DNA of 13,230 nucleotides. It comes from Methanotrichaceae archaeon (GTDB lineage: Archaea > Halobacteriota > Methanosarcinia > Methanotrichales > Methanotrichaceae). Each line of letters begins with the position of its first letter. Within the stretch, counting starts at the first letter, position 1. The stretch spans positions 1-13,230 of the forward strand of contig CAVWIG010000043.1 of the NCBI GenBank assembly GCA_963754945.1, in the 5' to 3' direction. The position numbers were made by a program, and so were the translations under genes. This document shows positions 1 to 7,710 of the stretch, in pieces. The notes beneath the pieces were generated by a model. It saw only the letters and a list, made by a program, of their open reading frames with translations. It did not search any database and was not told the origin of the DNA.

Positions 1-31
1 GAAATCGGCTTTAATTTTAATTATTTCTAAT

Positions 32-250
32 CTATTTAAATAGCTCGTAGGAGATGGGTGTCTTGCATTTCTGGTGCAGCATACGAAAGCTAATCTCCTC
101 TCTAATATGATGGGGATTGCCCCTTACTGGAATGTTGAACAGGCCGGTGCTGATGCTGCCTGACCAGGTTAGATGGCTTGGAATTGGTTCGAGGGACTCT
201 TCTTCTTCGGCAGGCGCTATCTCAAGTTTGGGAGACTTTAACTTGGGCAT
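32..250 (-). pseudogene. ku: Truncated Ku (NHEJ DNA end-binding protein) N-terminal fragment
   Basis: From ATG at 250: MPKLK...LTWSGSISTGLFNIPVR...ISFRMLHQKCKTPISY, matching the prokaryotic Ku N-terminal signature W(S/K)G(S/A)ISFGLVNIPV...ISF(R/N)xLH. Stops after ~72 aa in AT-rich sequence, whereas Ku is normally ~250+ aa. A probable pair of compensating indels lies at ~95-123. Confidence 0.75.
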
Positions 251-729
251 ATACTGATAAAAGGAGTTTGAAGGGATAAATATTAATGGTTCTGGATTTG
301 CTGATCTGGCATCGATAAGCAACCTCAGGATCTTTCTTCATAAACCTTATCCTGTATTGTTGCGACGAAGGGGCAGTCTTAGGAGAATACTAGCGGCCCC
401 TATAATAATAGCAGAGCTTGAAGAGATTCGATCGCTACCAGGATACCTACAAATTGCACCAGTACAACGACCAGGTCGGCAAGAGTTCGTTGCGTCGGCA
501 AAAATTCTGCTGAGCAAATCCAGAAGATACATTTAAACTTCCGGCGGGCAATCTTGTAAAAGTAACGATTGATGGCTCGAAATAGAGACTGTTTCAGGCT
601 GTAGCCGCCGATTGAGTTCCACCCGCAAAATGGGCTTTCTGCTACTCAAATTGGGAAGGCATAGGCGAATCGCTACCAAGGTCGTGGACAATCGGGAATC
701 GATTGAATGAAGGTTCAGGAAGTGGATTG

Positions 730-1032
730 ATGGCGCACATATCCGTTGATAAAGAGAGCATCGCAGCCTTTTGCCGGAAACATCATATCCGGCGACTGGC
801 GCTTTTCGGGTCCGTGCTAAGAGAGGATTTCACCCCAGATAGCGATATCGACGTACTGGCAGATTTCGAGCCCGGACATTTTCCTGGACTTTTCGGTATT
901 TCTCGAATGGAGCGGGAGCTGTCCATCATCTTCGAAGGTCGCAGGATTGATCTGCGGACCGCTGAGGATCTGAGCCGCTATTTCCGCGATGATGTGTTGA
1001 AAGAGGCAGAGGTTCAGTATGCACAAGGATGA
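730..1032 (+). CDS. Minimal nucleotidyltransferase (MNT) antitoxin, MntA-like
   Basis: GSx10DxD motif ([18 protein letters not shown]), ~100 aa, overlaps the downstream HEPN gene. ATG at 730 preferred over the TTG at 703. Confidence 0.9.
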   Translation: MAHISVDKESIAAFCRKHHIRRLALFGSVLREDFTPDSDIDVLADFEPGHFPGLFGISRMERELSIIFEGRRIDLRTAEDLSRYFRDDVLKEAEVQYAQG

Positions 1033-1354
1033 CCAAGTCCGCCTGCGACATATGCTCGATGCTGCGCATGAGGCGATGGCGTTCACCAAGAGTCGTACCC
1101 GTACAAGCCTGGATATAGATAGGATGCTTGTGCTGTCGCTGGTGAAAGAGATTGAGATCATCGGCGAGGCAGCTAACCAGGTATCAGAAACAACCAGAGA
1201 GCTAACGTCTACAATTCCGTGGGTGGATATCATCTCCATGCGAAACCGTCTGGTCCACGCCTATTTTGACATCAACCTGGAAATTCTCTGGAAAACTGTG
1301 CAAGACGATCTACCGCCACTGATTGTGGCTCTTGAAGATGTGCTGGAAAGATAA
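1019..1354 (+). CDS. HEPN/DUF86 ribonuclease toxin, HepT-like
   Basis: Rx4HxY motif (RNRLVHAY), EIIGEA and IPW motifs typical of DUF86; 111 aa; 14-nt overlap with the MNT gene. Confidence 0.9.
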   Translation: MHKDDQVRLRHMLDAAHEAMAFTKSRTRTSLDIDRMLVLSLVKEIEIIGEAANQVSETTRELTSTIPWVDIISMRNRLVHAYFDINLEILWKTVQDDLPPLIVALEDVLER

Positions 1355-1597
1355 TGCTCCAAGCGCATCCCCCTTCATCCATCCGACCTTCAGCAGCGCA
1401 GCCTCTGCATTCATCTTCCTGATGCTCTCCAGGTAGACATTGCGTGTCTTGTCGCCCTCTCTCCTGGAAGACATTCATTGGGTATAGGTTCTTGATCCTG
1501 ATAAGTCTCTCTGATTTCTCAATTTCCATACTATGAGATCCTCCAGCCTGGTTCGGAGCTTGAGATTCTCACCTTCGCCCCACGCCCAGCTCCCCCT
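1351..1597 (-). pseudogene. Degenerate small hypothetical gene
   Basis: A minus frame not in the ORF track reads GEGENLKLRTRLEDLIVWKLRNQRDLSGSRTYTQ*MSSRREGDKTRNVYLESIRKMNAEAALLKVGWMKGDALG, with an in-frame TGA at 1477-1475 and no intact start. From memory it resembles a multicopy Methanothrix small-protein family (..RLEDL.VW..YWMASWREGDKTRNV.LG..KM.AE.A..KA..MKAEALG). Confidence 0.5.
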
Positions 1598-1625
1598 TTA
1601 ATCCTCCAAGCCTCCCGCCTATAGT

Positions 1626-2137
1626 ATGGACTTCGAACTTCACTCTTCAGTCTCTCTCCGCCCCAGGTCCTTCAACGCCCTGGTAGCTCCAAACGAGATG
1701 TTCGCCAAGGCCCTCAACCGCACCTGAACCTGCAGCGGTTCAAGGTCCTCTACATCTGCGGCAACTACTCCAGCATCCTGAGCCGGATGGACCGCAAGTT
1801 CCAGGACCTGGAGATCCGCCGGGCCTTCACAGTCTTTCAGCTCATGACCTTTCTTGAAGAGGCCCGTCACTCCCTGATCATCATAGAGCACGATCCCCTG
1901 CTCAACGAGGACGCCGAAGGGATGATCGAGTACGTCTCCCAAGGGTTGCATGATGCTGCAAAAGAGGCCGCAGTCCTGCTTTACTCACCTGGAACTGATA
2001 CTTTCCTGGAGGATATGACCAGAAATGCCGACAGAGTATTCTACTTCGACGAGGGGCCGAGAGCTACGACGAAGCTTATTTCGAAAGCTTATCCAAAAGC
2101 GCAGAAGAGCCAGACCACCCTTGAGGTCTGGACATGA
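1626..2137 (+). pseudogene. Frameshifted conserved hypothetical protein (degenerate RecA/RadA-like fold suspected) with C-terminal PIP-box-like motif
   Basis: ATG 1626 gives MDFELHSSVSLRPRSFNALVAPNEMFAKALNR, then TGA at 1725. A -1 shift at ~1722 continues LNLQRFKVLYICGNYSSILSR directly into the ORF 1787-2137, which ends QTTLEVW. Consistent with a single-nt deletion (real or a sequencing error). Confidence 0.7.
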
Positions 2138-2182
2138 TCAAATCAATTTTCACAAATCAGCCAACATATCCATATCAAGAGA

Positions 2183-2773
2183 TTAATCTAGGCTCTTAAC
2201 CTCGATATCCTTTGCTATCTTCGGAATAACGTTGTGAGACGCTCCGATGAAGAGCAGGCCTGTCTCTCCGTCCTGGAGTGTCGAGCTAATGTTTTGGGCA
2301 ATGAACGCATCCCGATCTTCCATGAGGCGATCCTTAACCTGATCGTACCTGGCTCCAGCTTCAGTTCTCTCTTGGTCTGTTTTGGCCTCCAAGATGGCCT
2401 TGATATGACTGTACTCCTGCCTGAGAAGCTCTGGACTCTCAGTCGCCTCAATCCTTGCTCCCCGATCCATTAGCCTGGCGATTATCTGATAGTTCTTGCT
2501 TCCTTTCTCCGCCGTCTCACGCACGATCCTCTCGCCGAGCTCTCCCGCGCACGGCAGGCCGTCCTGGTATATCCTGACCTTATCAAGCTCCAGCCCCAGA
2601 CGATCCACCTCAACTTCCACCTCTTCCCAGAACTTCTCGATTCTCCGCTGGTTATCCTCCCACCTCTGCCTCCCCATCTTGGACACGCCCTCCTTCTCCA
2701 GGCCATCCTTCATTGACCCCATGTCCGATGGAGTGTGGACGATCCTTATCACCAACAGCTTTCTCAAAAGCAC
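2183..2773 (-). CDS. Conserved hypothetical protein (possible TraB/TIKI/EreA-like fold)
   Basis: 196-aa open frame with coding-like composition, directly downstream of the CoA-transferase gene. Motifs IVHT, YQDG, ATE, RDAFIA, LFIGASH resemble the H...E...RD...GxxH pattern of the TraB/TIKI/EreA superfamily (inference). Confidence 0.75.
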   Translation of the reverse strand: MLLRKLLVIRIVHTPSDMGSMKDGLEKEGVSKMGRQRWEDNQRRIEKFWEEVEVEVDRLGLELDKVRIYQDGLPCAGELGERIVRETAEKGSKNYQIIARLMDRGARIEATESPELLRQEYSHIKAILEAKTDQERTEAGARYDQVKDRLMEDRDAFIAQNISSTLQDGETGLLFIGASHNVIPKIAKDIEVKSLD

Positions 2774-2821
2774 CCCCCCAAGAGCTTCGAACAGCCCCTA
2801 CGTTGAATGAATCCCTGCAGA

Positions 2822-4717
2822 TCAACCCTCGATGAACCTCATGCGCATCTCGTAGACTCCTTCCTCGCGTCTCTTTTCTATTTCGAACCCCATCTTCTCG
2901 AAGAGGCGGAGCATCGCCTTGTTCTCCACCAGAACCTCGGCCGTGAAACCAAGCAGGCCCTGCTTCCTGGCCAGGTATGTTAGATAGGATAGCAGTTCAG
3001 AGCCCACCCCTTGGTTCTGGCACTGGTCCTTTACCACCAAGGCTGCCTCTGCAGTGTGAATGTCCCTGTTCAGCTCGTACTGGCCAAGGCCGATTATAGT
3101 CTCCTTTTCCTTCCCTTGAATGACCGCTAATATCTCCATCTTCTTGGTGTAGTCCACAGCGACGAAATCCTGGAGCCTCTTGTGGGGCATGTCCTTTCTT
3201 TGAGAGAAGAAACGCAGGTACATGCTGTCCCCAGAAAGAGCGTAGAAGAAGTCCTTCAGCATCTGTTCGTCTGTGATTTTCACCGGCCGGAGAAGGAGGT
3301 CAAGACCTTGCTTTGTTGTCCTGTAGGTCTCCAGCTCCTCAGGGTACACTCCCTTCTCGCCGGGAACAAACGCCTGATCCTTGTAGACCAGAGTTCGTTT
3401 TTTGGCCTCCTCCAGCAGCCAGGGCCTGAACATGGGGTGGGCAATGGATATCAGGTCCATGGCCCTCTCCCGGATGTTCTTGCCGTGCAGGTAGGCTATA
3501 CCGTACTCAGTGACCACGTAGTGCACATCTCCCCTCGTGAGGGTCACTCCTGCTCCCTCCTGCAGGACGGGGACTATCCTCGATACTGTATCGTTCAGGG
3601 CAGTTGAGGGCAGGGCCAGAATTGTCCTGCCGCCAGGTGCCAGCACGGCACCGCGCATGAAGTCTGCCTGGCCTCCAATGCCGCTGTAGAAAGTCCCCCC
3701 CAACGACTCGGCAGTGGCCTGGCCTGTCAGGTCTATCTCCATGGCGCTATTAATGGCGGTCATCAGGTGGTTTCGGGCGATGATCAGGGGGTTGTTGGTG
3801 TAATCGATCCTCTTGAACTCCACAGTCGGATTCTCATCGAGAAAATCGTAGGTTTCTTTGCTGCCCATGCAGAAAGAAGCTATGGTCTTGCCCGGATTGT
3901 GGCTCTTCTTTGAGTTGTTGACCACACCCGTCCTCATGAGGTTCACTATGCCGTCGCTCAAGAGCTCCGTGTGAACACCTAGGTTCTTTTTTCCGCCTAG
4001 GTTTGAAACAACAGCGTCGGGTATGATGCCGTATCCAACCTGGATGGTTGAGCCGTCTTCGATTATGCGGGCGACGTAGCTGCCTATTCTCTTGACTATG
4101 TCGCTAGGCGCTTCCACAGCGTACTCCAGCATCGGCTCATCATGTGGCAGCAGAAAGTCGATGTCTTCTATGTTTATGAACCCGTCACCGTGCGTCCTGG
4201 GCATGTTGGAGTTGACCTGAGCTATGACCAGGGTTGCCTTTTCCGTAGCAGCCTTGACGATGTCTATGCTAATCCCGAGGCTCACATAGCCGTGCTTGTC
4301 CGGCAATGAGGTCTGTACCAAGGCTACGTCTATCGGTATTATTTTCCTCCGGAACAGATCGGGAACTGCGGATAGAAAAATTGGGGTGTAGTCAGCAGCA
4401 CCACGGTTTACTGAGTTCCTGGTACTGTCGCCCACGAAAAAAGAGTCAAGGCGAAAGTTCTCCTGGAGCTTCTCATCAGTGTAAGGTGCAACGCCCAAAG
4501 TCCATACGTGGATCAGCTCGGTGTCGAAGAAGGCCTTTGGATTGCTTCTGACGTAGTTCACCAGAGCTTGAACGAGGTACTGGGGCTCACCGCAGCCGGT
4601 GCCTATGAATATCCGGTCGCCAGCGTGAATATGGTGAAACAGCTCCTCCTCTGATGTGAACTTCTCCGGCCATGCCGTTTTCATCCTCTCAAGGTTTCTC
4701 AAGCCCTCAGTGTCCAT
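2822..4717 (-). CDS. Acetyl-CoA hydrolase/family I CoA-transferase fused to a C-terminal GNAT acetyltransferase domain
   Basis: GCGEPQ, QVNSNMPRTHGD, HTELLSDG (catalytic Glu), SGIGGQADFMRGA and VVTEYGIAYL motifs. C-terminal GNAT with QNQGVG acetyl-CoA loop and NKAMLRLFEKMGF. Start set at ATG 4717 after a GAGGAG RBS (631 aa). Confidence 0.92.
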   Translation of the reverse strand: MDTEGLRNLERMKTAWPEKFTSEEELFHHIHAGDRIFIGTGCGEPQYLVQALVNYVRSNPKAFFDTELIHVWTLGVAPYTDEKLQENFRLDSFFVGDSTRNSVNRGAADYTPIFLSAVPDLFRRKIIPIDVALVQTSLPDKHGYVSLGISIDIVKAATEKATLVIAQVNSNMPRTHGDGFINIEDIDFLLPHDEPMLEYAVEAPSDIVKRIGSYVARIIEDGSTIQVGYGIIPDAVVSNLGGKKNLGVHTELLSDGIVNLMRTGVVNNSKKSHNPGKTIASFCMGSKETYDFLDENPTVEFKRIDYTNNPLIIARNHLMTAINSAMEIDLTGQATAESLGGTFYSGIGGQADFMRGAVLAPGGRTILALPSTALNDTVSRIVPVLQEGAGVTLTRGDVHYVVTEYGIAYLHGKNIRERAMDLISIAHPMFRPWLLEEAKKRTLVYKDQAFVPGEKGVYPEELETYRTTKQGLDLLLRPVKITDEQMLKDFFYALSGDSMYLRFFSQRKDMPHKRLQDFVAVDYTKKMEILAVIQGKEKETIIGLGQYELNRDIHTAEAALVVKDQCQNQGVGSELLSYLTYLARKQGLLGFTAEVLVENKAMLRLFEKMGFEIEKRREEGVYEMRMRFIEG

Positions 4718-4923
4718 CTCGTTTCTCCTCGCAGCGCACCCACTGTATATGTCATTCAAGTCAGTTCAACTGCACAATTGTATCGTTGATTTAGCTATCT
4801 TTAAGGATTATCTTCTAGGACTTCATCGTCTTTAACTCTATCTATATCGGCATCTTGTGAAAGGGAGAAGGACTTTGAACACGAGTGCATCAACCTGAAC
4901 TTCCTAGTTTCGAGGCTCAACAC

Positions 4924-4953
4924 CATGAGTCTTAATGTCATGAGTCTTAACGT
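4924..4953. repeat. 15-bp tandem duplication CATGAGTCTTAAYGT x2
   Basis: catgagtcttaatgt (4924-4938) followed by catgagtcttaacgt (4939-4953), 14/15 identical, in the divergent intergenic region. Confidence 0.8.
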
Positions 4954-5088
4954 TAAATTTTGTCTTATTGATCTGAGAAGGTACAAATACGATTAGAACC
5001 AAAATAAAGGTGTTATCGACGTATCCAAAATAATGAGAAGATATTGAACACTTCATTAGAAACATCTGCACCATAGATCCACTGGAAT

Positions 5089-5346
5089 ATGGAGGCGAAT
5101 TATACTTTGTCGGATATAGTGCCGGACGCTGAGCTGGATTGCATCGGGCTGTTCTGCCCCTTGCCCATTGCCAGGACCAAGGAGGAGATAGAGAACATCG
5201 TGGTTGGTCAGGTTCTCAAGGTGGAAGCCGACGACCCAGCTGCAGAGGAGGACATCGCCCGCTGGGCTAAGCGGGCAGGTCACCAGGTCCTCAAGTTCGA
5301 AAAGTCCGGGAACATCATCACCTTCTTCATAAAAAGAATGAAGTAG
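5089..5346 (+). CDS. tusA: TusA/SirA-family sulfur carrier protein
   Basis: LDCIGLFCPLP (CPxP motif), GQVLKVEADDPAAEEDIARW; ~80 aa. True start may be TTG 5107 (GGAGG at 5091-5095). Confidence 0.93.
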   Translation: MEANYTLSDIVPDAELDCIGLFCPLPIARTKEEIENIVVGQVLKVEADDPAAEEDIARWAKRAGHQVLKFEKSGNIITFFIKRMK

Positions 5347-5439
5347 AAACGGGGGACGGATAGAGTAGTCGAGACGTGGTGGGGAGAATAGAGCGGCATT
5401 AGTGGCGCATTACGAATTGGAGGAAAAGGTGAGGATAAT

Positions 5440-5799
5440 ATGAGCACCATACTTTATGTGCAGACCAGCGGCGTAGACACGCCTGAGAGAACCTATGCCC
5501 CTTTCATCCTTGGTATGACCGCCAGGGCAATGGATGTCGAGGCAGAGATATTTTTCATGATCAAAGGCATAACCATCCTCAAGAAGGGCGAAGCAGAGAA
5601 GGTGAAGTTGGGAAGCTTCCCCAGCCTCAAGGAGGTCATCGACCAGGCAGTAACGGCTGGGGTCAAGCTGTACATCTGCGAGCAGAGCACCCAGCTTTTC
5701 GGCATGGCGAGGGGTGACTTCATCCCTGAGGCTAAGGTTGCAGGAGCGGGGACTCTGAACGACCTTGCCCTTGATGCTGACTCTGTTATAACCTTCTAG
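5440..5799 (+). CDS. DsrE/DsrF/TusD-family sulfur relay protein
   Basis: 119 aa; PERTYAPF, IFFMIKG, GVKLYICEQS (conserved Cys) and VAGAGT motifs typical of DsrE-like proteins; AGGTGA/GAGG RBS upstream. Confidence 0.85.
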   Translation: MSTILYVQTSGVDTPERTYAPFILGMTARAMDVEAEIFFMIKGITILKKGEAEKVKLGSFPSLKEVIDQAVTAGVKLYICEQSTQLFGMARGDFIPEAKVAGAGTLNDLALDADSVITF

Positions 5800-5855
5800 A
5801 GTGAATAACTCTAGAGAGATAAATAGGACTGAAAAGAATTTAGGCTGGAGAGCAA

Positions 5856-7010
5856 ATGTGTGGAATATATCTGGACTATCAATCGGCCATGCCGGTGGAC
5901 ACAAGGGTGTTGGAGTTTGCGGAGAGGTATCTCGCCAAGGAGTTCGGAAATCCATCAGCCCTTCACTCCGTCGGCCTGGCTGCCAAATCGGCCGTTGAGG
6001 AGGCCAGAACGAAAGTGGCAGAGCTCATCAACGCCCCAGACCCTTCCAACATAATCTTCACCGGCAGTGCCACCGAGGCAAACAACTTGGCCATCAGGGG
6101 AACAGCCCAAAGAAACGCTGCTAAAGGGAAGAAGCTCTTGGCCAGTGCCATCGAACACATCTCCGTTCAGAACGCCATGAAGGAACTACAGAAAGGAGGC
6201 TTCGAGCTTTCACTGGCTCCCGTGGACTCTACGGGCATTGTCGATCTGGCGGTCCTTGAAAACCAGCTTTCTAAAGACACGATCGTAACCTCTGTAATGT
6301 ACGCCAACAGCGAAATCGGCACCATCGAGCCTATAAGAGAGATAAGCCAAATGGTCCACGATAAGGGCATGTTCCTGCACGTGGATGCCGTGGCCGCCCA
6401 GGGAAAGATTTCCATCGACGTCCAGAAAGACGGCATAGACCTGTTGACAATCTCGTCAAATGACATGTATGGGCCCCAGGGCGCAGGGGCACTGTACGTT
6501 AACCCCAAGGTAAAGCTTCAACCGACACAGCTTGGGGGCGGACAGGAAAAGGGCCTCCGTCCGAGCACGGAGAATCTTTTCGCCATTGCCGGGATGGGCG
6601 AAGCTGCTCGTCTGGCTAAACTGGAGATGAACCAGGAGAGCGACAGGCTGCGGCACATAAGAGACGATCTGATCAAAGAGCTCCTGAAGATCGATGGGGC
6701 TTATCTGACGGGCCATGCTACTATTAGACTGCCTCACCATGCCAGCTTCAGGTTTAGCCGTATAGAGGGCGAGAGCATTCTGCTCACCATGGACGCGATG
6801 TTCAATATTCAGGTATCCACGGGGTCGGCCTGCTCCTCAAGGACCCTGGAGCCTAGCCACGTCCTTCTGGCCATCGGGCTCAAGCACGAGCAGGCCCACG
6901 GCTCGATGGTGACGACCCTGGGAAAGTATAACAGCCCGGACCAGATACCTGTGATATCAAAGGCGGTCAACCAGACGGTGCAGAGGTTGAGGGCGCTGTC
7001 TCCATTATAA
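5856..7010 (+). CDS. iscS: IscS/NifS-like protein lacking the PLP-binding lysine (Archaeoglobus IscS-type)
   Basis: FGNPS, IIFTGSATEANNLA, IEH, GGGQE and STGSACSSRTLEPSHVL (Cys326) are group I desulfurase motifs, but SSNDMYGP replaces SxHKxYGP (Asp203, codon 6462-6464). Confidence 0.93.
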   Translation: MCGIYLDYQSAMPVDTRVLEFAERYLAKEFGNPSALHSVGLAAKSAVEEARTKVAELINAPDPSNIIFTGSATEANNLAIRGTAQRNAAKGKKLLASAIEHISVQNAMKELQKGGFELSLAPVDSTGIVDLAVLENQLSKDTIVTSVMYANSEIGTIEPIREISQMVHDKGMFLHVDAVAAQGKISIDVQKDGIDLLTISSNDMYGPQGAGALYVNPKVKLQPTQLGGGQEKGLRPSTENLFAIAGMGEAARLAKLEMNQESDRLRHIRDDLIKELLKIDGAYLTGHATIRLPHHASFRFSRIEGESILLTMDAMFNIQVSTGSACSSRTLEPSHVLLAIGLKHEQAHGSMVTTLGKYNSPDQIPVISKAVNQTVQRLRALSPL

Positions 7011-7073
7011 ATGTAAGATTGATCTAAATCAATTGAAGTCGATAATCTAACCCGAGTCAAGGTGACTAGCAAA

Positions 7074-7514
7074 ATGGCACAAGTAGGTTACAGCAAGAAA
7101 GTGATGGAGCACTTCATGAACCCCAGGAATGTTGGGGTGATCGAGAACCCGGACGGCTACGGTAAGGTCGGCAACCCTGTCTGCGGGGACCTAATGGAGA
7201 TCTTCATCAAGGTCAGGGACGACAAAATAGACGACATCAAGTTCAGGACCTTCGGCTGCGGTTCGGCAATAGCTGTGAGCAGTATGGTCACTGAGATGGC
7301 CAAGGGTAAGCCTCTGGATGAGGCCATGAAGATCACTAGGAAAGACGTAGCCGACGAGCTCGAAGGCTTGCCACCCCAGAAGATGCACTGCTCCAACCTT
7401 GGCGCGGATGCCCTTCACGCAGCCATCAAGAACTACTGGGTCAAGATCGGGAAGATAAAGCCAGAAGAGGCTAAGCCTGAAGGCGAAGAGGGAGAGACTT
7501 GTTCCACTGAATGA
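7074..7514 (+). CDS. iscU: Fe-S cluster scaffold IscU/NifU-N
   Basis: YSKKVMEHFMNPRNVG, GNPVCGD, FGCGSAIA and LPPQKMHCS: three scaffold Cys plus Asp/His ligands. Start ATG 7074 after an AGGTGA RBS. Confidence 0.95.
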   Translation: MAQVGYSKKVMEHFMNPRNVGVIENPDGYGKVGNPVCGDLMEIFIKVRDDKIDDIKFRTFGCGSAIAVSSMVTEMAKGKPLDEAMKITRKDVADELEGLPPQKMHCSNLGADALHAAIKNYWVKIGKIKPEEAKPEGEEGETCSTE

Positions 7515-7710
7515 GACTTGACGAATCGACCGATCCGTCTGGTTAAATCATTCTTTTTATCCCAATCCCAATATTCTCCAACGTCAATACGTGAGCAACA
7601 AACAAAATCGTGGTTAAGGAATTGATCGGTCAAGTAAAGGCATCATTCGCTGCGTCTCCAAGTCCTGCTGATATGGCATGGCATCTTCAACGATCACAAA
7701 AGCTGTTTCA

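Noticed and set aside
347-700. ORF 347-532(-), short coding-like + strand patches, and a 10-bp direct repeat ATCGCTACCA (431-440, 669-678)
   Set aside because: No recognisable motif, many stops, and the repeat is too short to define an element; possibly decayed sequence but not supportable.
1525-1630. 10-bp inverted repeat TCCATACTAT / ATAGTATGGA as possible MITE or invertible-segment ends
   Set aside because: Both arms lie within or at the start of pseudogene coding frames; no target duplication or recombinase nearby; plausibly chance.
5797-5808. Pyrrolysine/amber read-through of the dsrE TAG (a hairpin follows it)
   Set aside because: Read-through would add only X-S-E before TAA, and the protein already ends like a complete DsrE (..VITF).
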